From a virus (Duplodnaviria; Caudoviricetes): 64,000 nucleotides of DNA. The stretch is from positions 64,001 to 128,000 of the IMG/VR virus record IMGVR_UViG_3300037601_000088; one strand, written 5' to 3'. Under the pieces are notes generated by a model, which was not told the origin of the DNA, ran no database searches, and saw only the letters and a list, made by a program, of their open reading frames with translations. Shown here in pieces: positions 27,900-37,547 of this stretch. The stretch's first letter is position 1; every line of letters begins with the position of its first letter. The translations under genes and the position numbers were made by a program.

Positions 27900-28340
27900 T
27901 TATACTCCAGACTCGAATTTTCTTATGTCAATTAAGTTTTTAATAATATAACCTCTTTGTTTCACAACAACCAATATATCTTTAAGAAATTCCATTTTTT
28001 CTTTATAAAGTGTTAAATTTATTGTAGATTCAACTACATCTTTATCATTATTCACATATCTGTGAACTTCACTCTTAAGAACAACCTTAGAAAAAGGCTT
28101 CCATCCATATTCATTCAATTCGGATTTTTCTAATTCTCCCAAATAATATTGGGTTTTAATATGAATTAATTCATCGTGTTTAATTTGCTTTTTAAGATAA
28201 GCTATTCGTGCTTTTAGAAAAATCTCATAATATTTACTGTGTAAAATTGCAGACTTTACTGTCTCGCCTGCAATATCTTCCTCATTAATTGTGCTATCTT
28301 TAGCCCATTCGCTTAATATATCGTCTAATTTCATGTACAA
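27900..28340 (-). CDS. uvsY: Recombination mediator UvsY
   Basis: W.KDS.I, LHSKY, R...IKN.ID.RKFESG; synteny. Confidence 0.9.
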   Translation of the reverse strand: MYMKLDDILSEWAKDSTINEEDIAGETVKSAILHSKYYEIFLKARIAYLKKQIKHDELIHIKTQYYLGELEKSELNEYGWKPFSKVVLKSEVHRYVNNDKDVVESTINLTLYKEKMEFLKDILVVVKQRGYIIKNLIDIRKFESGV

Positions 28341-28350
28341 ACCTTTAACT

Positions 28351-28857
28351 TTATTCTATGAAAAATGTATCATATTCAAAGGTTGTTGTACAATTTACGT
28401 AGGCTATGGTACTATTTTCAATATTTAATGAAATATCTGATATATCTGTTGGCCAAGCATTCTTAAAAATAAAGTTTTTATTAGCATTATTTTTACTCGT
28501 TTTTGTAATAACAGTTATATCAGATACTAGATTATCTTTAGTTTTTGTAGAATGAACTTTACTTTTGTATTCATTAAATTTATTAGGGAATGAAATAGAA
28601 TTTATCCATGAAAGGATTTCTTTATAGTTTGATAAATCTTCATCAACACGAAAAGTTAAAGACAATGGCGCAAAAACAGGATGATCCCCCTGTTGTTTAA
28701 TATTAGAAAACGGGGTAGGTTGAAATACTGTTCCAATACTAATACTTGGAATATTAAATTCATTACAGAAAAAAGTTACATTAGGGCACATATCAATTAC
28801 AACTTCGAAATTGATATTTTCCAATAAATTAATAGAATCGGATCTTATATTACTCAT
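28351..28857 (-). CDS. 3: Tail completion / tube terminator gp3-like
   Basis: P.V.FFC...NIP.ISIG, F.VDEDL.NYKEI..W, F.NAWPT. Confidence 0.8.
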   Translation of the reverse strand: MSNIRSDSINLLENINFEVVIDMCPNVTFFCNEFNIPSISIGTVFQPTPFSNIKQQGDHPVFAPLSLTFRVDEDLSNYKEILSWINSISFPNKFNEYKSKVHSTKTKDNLVSDITVITKTSKNNANKNFIFKNAWPTDISDISLNIENSTIAYVNCTTTFEYDTFFIE

Positions 28858-28894
28858 GAAGCAAAAACCTTTCAATGATATTTATCAAACCAAT

Positions 28895-29116
28895 ATGGAG
28901 CGGTTTGAAGAAAAAATTAGAAATTTACAATCTAAGTATGATTTAAATGCTTGGGAAGCAATACAAAAATATCAAGAAGATACAGGAATTGAGGAAGAAT
29001 TAATCGGCAATATGATTAATGGTTTACCTAACCTGAAAAAAGATATATACAATGCAACTTCTATGCTTAATTTAGTAGAAAAAAATGATAGTAAATTACC
29101 AGATTATGAAGAGTGA
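28895..29116 (+). CDS. 33: Late-transcription co-activator gp33
   Basis: F...I......EAI..Y.E..GIE.E....I...LK..I...A..LNL....KLP; upstream of gene 32. Confidence 0.7.
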   Translation: MERFEEKIRNLQSKYDLNAWEAIQKYQEDTGIEEELIGNMINGLPNLKKDIYNATSMLNLVEKNDSKLPDYEE

Positions 29117-29146
29117 CATGCATAAATTTAGGCCTATTTTTAGTCC

Positions 29147-29209
29147 TATAAATATACTTGGCTGCTAGACAGCGTAATTAAAGAAAATTAAGGAAATTAA
29201 AGAAAACAT
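29147..29209 (+). promoter_or_regulatory. Late promoter and gene-32-type autoregulatory leader
   Basis: TATAAATA at 29147-54; GCTG-CTAGA-CAGC hairpin followed by three AATTAA(A)GG/GAAA-like repeats before ATG. Confidence 0.65.
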
Positions 29210-30199
29210 ATGTCAAATTCATTTGCAGATTTATTAAAAAATAGAAAAAAACAAAACGAAAAACTAAAAGAAAAAATTCAAAAAGCATCAGGTGAAAAAA
29301 AAGAAGTAGATGATCGCTTCTTCGATTTAAAAACAATTAAAGATGAAAATGGTCATGGTAAAGTTCTTATTAGATTTTTACCACCACCCCCAGGAGAAGA
29401 TTGTGAATTCGTCACATATTTCTCGTATACAGATCAAAATAAAGAAAATGGTGTATGGTATTGGCACAATAGTCATAAATCATTTGACCCAGATGCCGAA
29501 GATCCTGCGTGGGATTATAATGGTAAAATTTGGTCTTCCCCAGATTTAACAAAAGAAGAAAAGAAAATTAAATCAATTCGCAGAACGAAAAATTTCGTTT
29601 CAAATATCCTTATTGTAAAAGATTGGGAAAATCCAGAAAATGATGGTAAAGTATTTCTTTATCGTTATGGCCCAATGATTTTCAAAATGATTGAAGAGAG
29701 ACAAAATCCAACATCTTCTTCAGATTTTGATGAAGCAGCAAATCCATTCGATCCTATTGAGGGTTGTAACTTCCTGTTAAAAATTACTCCGAAACAGGTT
29801 GGTATGGATACAATGTCTACATATGAAAAATCTGTTTGGAAAGATCCTTCTCCTATGGCAGATGATGAAGAAGAAATGGAAAAAATTTGGAAGCAATGCT
29901 ACAGTCTTACTGAATTTATTGATCCAGAAAATACTGACATGTATAAGACATTGGCTAAACAAAAAGCGGATCTTGCCCGTTATTTAGGCGAAGACGAAGA
30001 AGAAGATGATGATAATGTTAAACCTGCAAAGGAAGAAAAATCAAAAAGCTTTGCTAAAGAGCTAGACGATGATATTCCTTTCAAAGAACCAAAATCATCT
30101 AAGGATGATGAAGAAGAGGAAGACGATCTTCCTTTTACCGTTGATGATAGCGATGAAGATGACGATGATGATTCATTTTTCGATAAATTTAAGGAATAA
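29210..30199 (+). CDS. 32: ssDNA-binding protein gp32
   Basis: DDRF, IRFLP, SNIL.VKD..NPENDGKVFLY.YG, NPFD..EG.NF.LK; acidic tail. Confidence 0.95.
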   Translation: MSNSFADLLKNRKKQNEKLKEKIQKASGEKKEVDDRFFDLKTIKDENGHGKVLIRFLPPPPGEDCEFVTYFSYTDQNKENGVWYWHNSHKSFDPDAEDPAWDYNGKIWSSPDLTKEEKKIKSIRRTKNFVSNILIVKDWENPENDGKVFLYRYGPMIFKMIEERQNPTSSSDFDEAANPFDPIEGCNFLLKITPKQVGMDTMSTYEKSVWKDPSPMADDEEEMEKIWKQCYSLTEFIDPENTDMYKTLAKQKADLARYLGEDEEEDDDNVKPAKEEKSKSFAKELDDDIPFKEPKSSKDDEEEEDDLPFTVDDSDEDDDDDSFFDKFKE

Positions 30200-30201
30200 T
30201 T

Positions 30202-30651
30202 ATGATGGATCGTTTATTTACTCTTAAGCGATATGCTCAAGAAATCAATGGAAGACAGTATCGTCAAGAAATTGATTCGGATTTAAGAAGAAGACTTAAA
30301 GAAGACGAAGTCGTGGTGCTCTACGGAGCATCCGACGATCTTCTTGAAATCGATGGTGTTTTTCAAGAAGAAGTAGGGGCATATGATGGTGGCCTTTTTG
30401 AACCCGTCGTATTTGGTAATACAGATTATTATGATTTTGTAGCGTCTGAAGAAAAACAGTCTTTTCTGGAGAATAATAATTATCCATACATTGATATGGT
30501 TTGGTCTCCCGAAAATTCAGATTTTTCATGGATAATTGATACAAATATTCCCCATGAAAGATTTATCATTTATGAAGATGACGATACTTATTGCGAGGGT
30601 GTACTTTTTTATCTGGAAGATTTAAGAAGTATGATAATCGCTTCCAGATAA
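30202..30651 (+). CDS. Hypothetical protein
   Basis: VV.YGASDDLLE.DG, W...T.IPH..F.I.EDD..YC.G. Confidence 0.75.
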   Translation: MMDRLFTLKRYAQEINGRQYRQEIDSDLRRRLKEDEVVVLYGASDDLLEIDGVFQEEVGAYDGGLFEPVVFGNTDYYDFVASEEKQSFLENNNYPYIDMVWSPENSDFSWIIDTNIPHERFIIYEDDDTYCEGVLFYLEDLRSMIIASR

Positions 30652-30664
30652 AAGTGTTTTTATT

Positions 30665-31066
30665 ATGATTAGAAATGTGAAAATGATACATGAAATGGCA
30701 GCTGATCTTAACAATGATTTTCGCTTTAAGATTGTGGCTGCCATTTTTTTGAAAAATAAACCCGTTTCATTTGGGTATTGTCATTTGAAAAGCCATCCTT
30801 TTCAGGCTTCATATGCAAAGAATGATGATTCTATTTATTGGCATGCGGAAACTTATGCAATTTTCAACTCGTTGAAAAGAATCACTAAAAAAGATCTTGA
30901 AAAAGCTACCCTTATTGTGGCAAGATCGAAAGAAAATGGTCAGTTTGGTATAGCTAAACCATGTTGTGGGTGTGTACGTTGTATTTCTGATTATAAAATT
31001 AAAAAAGTAGTATATACTCTGGATGATCCATATAATAAAGAGTATGCAATTATTGATAATAGGTAA
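30665..31066 (+). CDS. Zn-dependent nucleotide deaminase-fold protein
   Basis: HAE...AKPCCGC. Confidence 0.8.
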   Translation: MIRNVKMIHEMAADLNNDFRFKIVAAIFLKNKPVSFGYCHLKSHPFQASYAKNDDSIYWHAETYAIFNSLKRITKKDLEKATLIVARSKENGQFGIAKPCCGCVRCISDYKIKKVVYTLDDPYNKEYAIIDNR

Positions 31067-31069
31067 AAA

Positions 31070-32161
31070 ATGCAAGAAGCTTTAGATTTTTCACAAGTAT
31101 TAATTGAGCCCCGCTATAGTCTTGTTAATTCAAGAAAAGATGTGTCATTAATTAATTCTTTTACACTGCCAAATTCAAATCAAATTATTACAGGTGTTCC
31201 CATTATTGCATCAAATATGCATTCTGTTGGTAATCTTAAAACGGCTAAAATACTTCAAGAAGCTGAAATGTTTACGTGCTTGTCAAAATTTGAAAATCCA
31301 TTTGAAAATCACTTAGATATGGAAACGGATAATTTTAAACACGGCTATCTTGCTAGAAAAATGTCACTTACATATTCGATAACTAGAAATAAAGATTTAG
31401 ATCCTGAATATATAATTCCATCTATTGGTTATGATATGAAAGATTCTCATGTTAATAGAATTTTTGATAATTTTAATATTGTATGCGTTGATGTAGCAAA
31501 TGCACATACTCAAAGAATGATTGATTACTGCACTACTTTAAAAAGAAAATATTCCGAAAAAGCCATTATTATCGGTAATTTAGCTTCATGTGATTCTACA
31601 TTAATACAGAAATATATTGATGCTGGTGTGTCAGGCTTTAAAATTGGGATTGGTTCTGGTTCTATGTGCACAACACGCCTTCAAACAGGAATAGGTGTTC
31701 CTCAATTTACACTAATCAGGAATTTTGTTGAAGCACTTAAATATTATCCTGATCATCTTATTATTTCAGATGGTGGAATTCAAACACCAGGTGATATTGT
31801 AAAAGCTTTTGGTGCTGGTGCTAATATAGTTATGGTTGGTTCCATGTTTGCCGGTTTTAAAGACAATTCTGTAGCGGACGCAGATGGAAATGTTGAAATT
31901 TATGGAATGAGCAGCAATTTTGCCTCAAAACAGCTTGATATTAAAAATCATGACCATAATGTATCAGAGGGTAAAGTTGTTCAAATTCCTCAAAAACAAA
32001 TCACATTAAAAGAATTTACATCTGAAATTAAAAATTGTATAAGAAGCGCATGCACTTATGTAGGAGCTAATTATATTGGTGAATTAAGTGGAAAGTGTAA
32101 TTTTATTAAAGTAAATCAACAATATAATAATTCATATGATAAATATACAATAGGAGATTGA
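31070..32161 (+). CDS. guaC: GMP reductase (IMPDH/GMPR family)
   Basis: PIIASNM, VDVAN, KIGIGSGSMCTTR, SDGG, SEGK, RSACTYVGA. Confidence 0.85.
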   Translation: MQEALDFSQVLIEPRYSLVNSRKDVSLINSFTLPNSNQIITGVPIIASNMHSVGNLKTAKILQEAEMFTCLSKFENPFENHLDMETDNFKHGYLARKMSLTYSITRNKDLDPEYIIPSIGYDMKDSHVNRIFDNFNIVCVDVANAHTQRMIDYCTTLKRKYSEKAIIIGNLASCDSTLIQKYIDAGVSGFKIGIGSGSMCTTRLQTGIGVPQFTLIRNFVEALKYYPDHLIISDGGIQTPGDIVKAFGAGANIVMVGSMFAGFKDNSVADADGNVEIYGMSSNFASKQLDIKNHDHNVSEGKVVQIPQKQITLKEFTSEIKNCIRSACTYVGANYIGELSGKCNFIKVNQQYNNSYDKYTIGD

Positions 32162-32245
32162 TGCGGATTAGACTGGAGAGGTATTTAGGCCCCAGCTCTG
32201 GTTCATTCCCAGATGACATAGGTTCAAACCCTATATCCGCAACCA
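32162..32245 (+). tRNA. tRNA-Met(CAT)-like with enlarged D-arm
   Basis: TGCGGAT/ATCCGCA-ACCA; TCTGG-TT CAT TC-CCAGA; ATAGG-TTCAAAC-CCTAT. Confidence 0.75.
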
Positions 32246-32256
32246 ATAATTATATT

Positions 32257-32688
32257 ATGAAAAATCACAAAAAACGTAAAATTCTTTATTTTGAAAAAGC
32301 CAATACACATTGTGTTTATTGTGAAATTCAGATGAAATATGTTGACTTTTCGGAAGAATGTTGTAATTTACCCAACGCATGTACAATAGAACATATTATA
32401 CCAAAGTCTAAAGGCGGAACAAATCATATTTCAAATTTAACTTTGGCATGCAGAAAATGTAATACTACGAGATCTTCAATGGATATTGAAGATTTTAAAC
32501 TAAAGTCTCGTATTGAAAAACTTGCAAAAAGAAATAAAAAATCACGGTCTTTGAAAAAAATTGAAAGAAATATTAAAAAATTAAATAGTATGATAAAAAG
32601 TGATTCTCAAAATTTTGAGAATTGGTTAAATACGTTGCGATTGCCTAAAGATCAAGAAATGTTATTTAAATTTATACATTATGGATAA
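32257..32688 (+). CDS. HNH endonuclease
   Basis: CVYC...TIEHIIPKSKGG.N..SNL.LAC.KCN; start moved downstream of the tRNA. Confidence 0.88.
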   Translation: MKNHKKRKILYFEKANTHCVYCEIQMKYVDFSEECCNLPNACTIEHIIPKSKGGTNHISNLTLACRKCNTTRSSMDIEDFKLKSRIEKLAKRNKKSRSLKKIERNIKKLNSMIKSDSQNFENWLNTLRLPKDQEMLFKFIHYG

Positions 32689-33850
32689 TATTATGACAAA
32701 CAAATTTCCAAAAATCGAACGTATGTCTGATGTTTCTGAATTTTATGATTCAGAATTCTTTACACTTAATGAAAAAGAAATTTTCGGGCATAAAGTAAAA
32801 TGGTATAACTATCATGTAATATTTTCTGACACTTTTAATAGCGGAAATTCTTTACGGGATAGTGTTGTTCAAGAGTTTCGTGGTATTACATTTTGCTCAA
32901 AAACAGGCAAGCTTTTAAGACGCCCTCTTCATAAATTCTTTAACTTGAATGAAATACCTTCTACTTTTGAACTAAATTTTAAAAATGGTACATATAACTA
33001 TAATGACTATATGGCTATGGATAAAGTTGACGGTTCAATGATTTGTCCTATTATTATTGGTAATGATATTTTTTGGGGGACTGGAAATCTTGCGACCGAA
33101 TTTCACGACTATGTTGAGGAATTTTTGATTGATTCTGGTAAAAAAGATGAATATAAATTGTTTGTTAATATGTTAAGTTCATCAGGTCATAGTCCTATTT
33201 TTGAATTTACATCTAAGCACAATAGAATTGTGCTTGATTATAAGAAACCTGATTTAAAACTATTGCATATTCGTAATAAAAAAACAGGTCAATATGTAAA
33301 CCCTAAAAATATAGACAAACTTTTAGGAGATACTTTTACTAATATTTCAGTATGTCATATCTATAAAAAACCTTTTGATTCTACCCTTGTTCAAAAACTT
33401 AGTAAAATGAGTGATATTGAGGGAATTGTTATTTTTAATAAAGGACATATGATTAAAATCAAAACTGAGTGGTATTGTAATCTTCACAAGATTAAAGAAT
33501 CCCTTTCAAATGAACATAAAACCATTGAAATTATTTTAGATGGTAAAATGGATGATCTTCTCTCATTAGTGAACGACGACGACGACTATGACTATGTTCT
33601 TATGGTTGAAAAAATGATTGAAAATCTTTTTCATTCTACATATCATCGCATTTTACATTTAGCAAGTCAAAATTTATCTAAAAAGGATCTTGGCTTATCC
33701 GATGAAAAACATTTGATTAAAACCGTTATGTTTAGTTGTTGGGATAATTTATCCGAGGATAATATCAAAGATATGATTTTTTCTGTAATTAGAAAGAATT
33801 TAACTACATTATCTAAATGGCAAAAATTTAAAGAAGAGAATTATTCATGA
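32681..33850 (+). CDS. rnlA: RNA ligase 1 (RnlA-like)
   Basis: EFRGI.F, RP.HKFFNLNE, DKVDGS, FEFTS..NRIV..Y, EGIV, KIKT.WY. Confidence 0.9.
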   Translation: MDNIMTNKFPKIERMSDVSEFYDSEFFTLNEKEIFGHKVKWYNYHVIFSDTFNSGNSLRDSVVQEFRGITFCSKTGKLLRRPLHKFFNLNEIPSTFELNFKNGTYNYNDYMAMDKVDGSMICPIIIGNDIFWGTGNLATEFHDYVEEFLIDSGKKDEYKLFVNMLSSSGHSPIFEFTSKHNRIVLDYKKPDLKLLHIRNKKTGQYVNPKNIDKLLGDTFTNISVCHIYKKPFDSTLVQKLSKMSDIEGIVIFNKGHMIKIKTEWYCNLHKIKESLSNEHKTIEIILDGKMDDLLSLVNDDDDYDYVLMVEKMIENLFHSTYHRILHLASQNLSKKDLGLSDEKHLIKTVMFSCWDNLSEDNIKDMIFSVIRKNLTTLSKWQKFKEENYS

Positions 33851-33962
33851 AAACATTAAAAACGTACATGAAGATGCTTAAAGCTTTAGTAAATGGAAAA
33901 TTAAAAAAAGCGAATAAACTTAGAAATAAATTAATTAAATTAGAATTAAAAGAAAAATAATT

Positions 33963-34238
33963 ATGAATTACAATAAAAGATCAGAATATGAACATATTGA
34001 TCGAATGTTGGAAATCTTGACAAATTCTGAAAAACAACAAAAACATACTGAAATTAAAAAGGATTCTTTTAATCCTTATATGGCATTGGGTATATTATTT
34101 GGGGTATGGTTGATACTATTCACTGTTGGAATTACGTATTCCATATTAGATGAAAGACCTTCACAGTGTGAAGAAATGGGTGGTACCTGGATTTCACGAG
34201 AATCAATATGTGTATCAGAAATTAACTTAACAGAATAA
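33963..34238 (+). CDS. Small membrane protein
   Basis: One TM segment, C...GG.W....C tail. Confidence 0.6.
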   Translation: MNYNKRSEYEHIDRMLEILTNSEKQQKHTEIKKDSFNPYMALGILFGVWLILFTVGITYSILDERPSQCEEMGGTWISRESICVSEINLTE

Positions 34239-34250
34239 AGGAAATTAAAA

Positions 34251-34508
34251 ATGACTGAATCAAATATTGCAGCAGCGCAACTTCGTTCCTTAATTGAACG
34301 AATTGAGAACCTTGAAGAAGAGAAAAAAGCCATTGGCGATGATATTAAAGATGTCTATGGTGAAGCAAAGGCCAACGGGTTTGATTCTAAGGTATTGCGC
34401 CAAATAATTAGAATTAGAAAACAAGATCAGGCAGAGCGTCAAGAACAAGAAGCTTTACTTGAGCTTTATCTTTCTGCGTTAGGTCAATCTGTTGCATCCA
34501 ATGACTAA
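34251..34508 (+). CDS. gapR: GapR/DUF2312 nucleoid-associated protein
   Basis: [43 protein letters not shown]. Confidence 0.93.
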   Translation: MTESNIAAAQLRSLIERIENLEEEKKAIGDDIKDVYGEAKANGFDSKVLRQIIRIRKQDQAERQEQEALLELYLSALGQSVASND

Positions 34509-34704
34509 TGAAAAATTAGATGAAATACCTATTGAGGCAGCAAAAAACATTTCAAAAAAGTACAATTTTGACCAAATAGTCATTATTGGCCGTAGGGTAG
34601 GCTCGCATGAAGCCGTTACTACATACTGTAAAAATAAAGAACATTGTGATGTTGCTGCTAGAATTGGTAATTATTTAAAATTTAAAATTATGAATTGGGT
34701 ATAA
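34501..34704 (+). CDS. Hypothetical protein
   Basis: IPI.AAK.I...Y.FDQIVII; overlaps gapR stop region. Confidence 0.6.
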   Translation: MTNEKLDEIPIEAAKNISKKYNFDQIVIIGRRVGSHEAVTTYCKNKEHCDVAARIGNYLKFKIMNWV

Positions 34705-34728
34705 TCATAATTTGATTAATTCTCCAAC

Positions 34729-34736
34729 TATAAATA
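34729..34736 (+). promoter_or_regulatory. T4-type late promoter
   Basis: TATAAATA upstream of the amidase. Confidence 0.7.
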
Positions 34737-34773
34737 TATGTGTAAAAAGCATTAATTATAGTTGGAGAATACG

Positions 34774-35655
34774 TTGCTTAAAATTCAAAATGATAAATTA
34801 GTTTCAGATGAATTTAAAATTGATTATAGAACAACACATAAAAAATCTTCTGGAAGACTTAATAAAAAATTCTTAGTTATACATTATACCGCTGGTCTTA
34901 CCTATGAAGGTGATTTAAGAGTTTTATCAAGTTCAAGTGCTCAGGCATCATGTCATTTAGTACTTGGTCCTGAGGGTGAAGTTGGCCAAGTTGGCGATTT
35001 TAATGATGTTTTATGGCACGCCGGAAGATCTTCATGGAAAGGTTTAAGTGGTTTAAATCGTTATTCAATCGGTATTGAAGTTACATCTCCTGGTTGGGTT
35101 ACAAAAGATTCTAATGGGGTTTGGCGCCATTCAAGAGGTTCTGCGATTCCATCGAAACACCAAAATCTTTATAATTATGTCAGAGCCCGCCACGAAAATG
35201 GTGGTCCTGAAAGATGGTGGGCTGGATTTACTGACGCTCAAAATGAAAGATTATTGGATATAGGATCTTTCTTAATGAAAGAATACAATCTTGAAGTTGT
35301 CGGCCATGACCAAATTGCACCATCCAGAAAAATTGATCCAGGCCCTTGTATGTCTGACAATATGTGGAGGCTATTAAGGGGCGGTGGTGATCGTTCAAGC
35401 GATGGTCCAGATGTTGGTGATTTTCAGGATAATCCTGATTTATCTCTTGAATCTGATAATGAAGTTTCACCAAAAACTAAAAGAGTAATGGTCGATGGTC
35501 TTAATTTTAGAGCAGGACCTGGAACAAATTATCAAACTAAAGGTAAACTTCCAATTAATATTGAAGTAAAAGAATTAAGAAGAAGTGGAAATTGGTCTAA
35601 GGTTGAAACGCCAGCTGGTTACATCGGTTGGGTTCATAACGGTTATTTAGATTAA
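34774..35655 (+). CDS. N-acetylmuramoyl-L-alanine amidase with C-terminal SH3b (endolysin)
   Basis: VIHYTA, ASCH, WHAGRSSW, SIGIE, GH..IAP.RK.DPG; LNFRAGPG...GWV; TTG after GGAG. Confidence 0.9.
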   Translation: MLKIQNDKLVSDEFKIDYRTTHKKSSGRLNKKFLVIHYTAGLTYEGDLRVLSSSSAQASCHLVLGPEGEVGQVGDFNDVLWHAGRSSWKGLSGLNRYSIGIEVTSPGWVTKDSNGVWRHSRGSAIPSKHQNLYNYVRARHENGGPERWWAGFTDAQNERLLDIGSFLMKEYNLEVVGHDQIAPSRKIDPGPCMSDNMWRLLRGGGDRSSDGPDVGDFQDNPDLSLESDNEVSPKTKRVMVDGLNFRAGPGTNYQTKGKLPINIEVKELRRSGNWSKVETPAGYIGWVHNGYLD

Positions 35656-36002
35656 CCAATAATATTTTCATACATGGAAATGGCAATTTCTTGCAGGTTG
35701 CCATTTCCGCTTGATATAGAAGCTTGGTCTGTAGAAGATCCAATAATTCTTAATATTTGTTTCAATGTATTTAATTGAGATGGGGTTATAAAAAATGGAG
35801 ATGGTTCAATTTGATTTACTGCATACAAACCTTTATTATCGCCACCTCGGATCATAATGGTAGATGATGCATTGCCATACACTTTTCCATCAAAATCTAT
35901 ATATGTAACGCCAGAAGGAATATTTATTTCTTCATTAGGTTTACTTTGTGTAAATTCTATATTAAGAGAAGTAAACCCATAACGGAAATCATTTATGTTC
36001 AA
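35652..36002 (-). CDS. Hypothetical late protein
   Basis: TATAAATA on the - strand at 36033-40; AAGG SD, TTG start. Confidence 0.6.
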   Translation of the reverse strand: MNINDFRYGFTSLNIEFTQSKPNEEINIPSGVTYIDFDGKVYGNASSTIMIRGGDNKGLYAVNQIEPSPFFITPSQLNTLKQILRIIGSSTDQASISSGNGNLQEIAISMYENIIG

Positions 36003-36131
36003 AAAATTAATACCTTATAATTTACTTACAAATATTTATACAAATGAAATATATTTAGCAATTCAACACGATCTTGCTGATATGGCTGTGAGAAGTTTTT
36101 TCATATATTCATATTACGCAGGAGCACTTCT

Positions 36132-37322
36132 TTGGTAACAATAGAACAATCGGTTGAAGCAAAAAATTTATACGACGAATTAAAATCTCAAGAATCAGTT
36201 GCTAATAAATTAGGAATTTCTAGGCATCAAGTCAAAAAGCGTTTAGATTTTTATTATTCAAATCCTGAATCCATAGTCTATAGAAACGCTATAGAAAATG
36301 GTATTGATTATAATTCAGTAAAATTTTCATGGATTAAAAATGAAGAAGTTTCCATGTTTTGGAAACGGGAAGATGATCCTTCCTTTACTTATTTTGATAA
36401 ACGCCATGAAATTATAGAGGAGATGAAAAAGCATGCTCCCACCTATCCTAAAATTCAGAGAAGTATTAAAACAGGCAATTATTGTTTAATTATTGATCCT
36501 GCAGATATTCATGTGAATAAATTAGCTCTTGCCAAAGAAACAGGTAAAGATTATAATATTAATATTGCTGTTGATACCGTTTACGAAGCAGTAAAAAATC
36601 TTGTAAGAACAGCAAGTAATTCATATGAAATAGATGAAATAATTTTTGTTATTGGAAATGATGTACTTCACACAGATGATCATAGAGGAAACACTACATC
36701 GGGAACTCCTCAGGATTATGAGGCTCCGTGGTGGTTAGCATATCAGTTTGCTAAACAACTTTATATTAAATGTATAGAGCTTTTCCTTCCAATTGCTCCC
36801 GTTTATATTGTTTATTGCCCATCTAACCATGATTGGAAAGTTGGCCAATATTTGGCGGATAGTCTTTATTCATGGTTTCACAACCAACCCGATGTACGAT
36901 TTGGTTTTGACCAAAATAATATTTCTATGCTTCATAGAAAATATGTTGTATATGGAAATAATTTGATTGGTTTTACTCATGGTGATGGGGCCAAATTACA
37001 AGATCTTTCAAATATTATGCAGTATGAAGCCAGAGAAGAATGGGGTAAAACGAAATTTGCCTATTTCTACACTCACCATCTTCATCATAAAATGACCCAC
37101 ATAAACAACCAGATGGTTGAAAAGGATTACGTAGGTGTGACTGTATTAAGGTCAAATAGTATGTCAGAGCCTAATAATTCAGTGTATATTGAAACCATAA
37201 GAAGTCCGTCATCTCCGGATGGCTGGCACCATAGAAATGGTTATATAAATAATACTGCAATTGAAGCCTTTGTTCATCATACTGAAAAAGGTCAAGTTGC
37301 CAGGTTCGTAGAGTATACATAA
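36132..37322 (+). CDS. Metallophosphoesterase with N-terminal HTH
   Basis: VA.KLGISR HTH; ADIH, GND.LH.D, SNHD, THGD, HHLHH. Confidence 0.8.
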   Translation: MVTIEQSVEAKNLYDELKSQESVANKLGISRHQVKKRLDFYYSNPESIVYRNAIENGIDYNSVKFSWIKNEEVSMFWKREDDPSFTYFDKRHEIIEEMKKHAPTYPKIQRSIKTGNYCLIIDPADIHVNKLALAKETGKDYNINIAVDTVYEAVKNLVRTASNSYEIDEIIFVIGNDVLHTDDHRGNTTSGTPQDYEAPWWLAYQFAKQLYIKCIELFLPIAPVYIVYCPSNHDWKVGQYLADSLYSWFHNQPDVRFGFDQNNISMLHRKYVVYGNNLIGFTHGDGAKLQDLSNIMQYEAREEWGKTKFAYFYTHHLHHKMTHINNQMVEKDYVGVTVLRSNSMSEPNNSVYIETIRSPSSPDGWHHRNGYINNTAIEAFVHHTEKGQVARFVEYT

Positions 37323-37547
37323 ATGATAGCAGAAGATAATCCAATTAAAAAAAGAGAAGTAGACATAGAAGGTATATTTTTTAAAAATATGGAGGAAAAT
37401 ATTGAGTACAGATATCTTCTTCTAGAAGTTTTAAATTCTGACATGGCTATGAGAGAAGAAGATGAAGGAGAAATTTCTCCCCTTCTTGAAAAAATAAGAA
37501 AAACACTTAAAAAGAATAATCTGTTTGATCTAAAGGAACATTCCTAA
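37323..37547 (+). CDS. Hypothetical protein
   Basis: Packed ORF. Confidence 0.55.
   Translation: MIAEDNPIKKREVDIEGIFFKNMEENIEYRYLLLEVLNSDMAMREEDEGEISPLLEKIRKTLKKNNLFDLKEHS

Noticed and set aside
32158-32256. N-terminal 33 aa of the HNH ORF
   Set aside because: Overlaps the CAU tRNA gene; the likely start is 32257.
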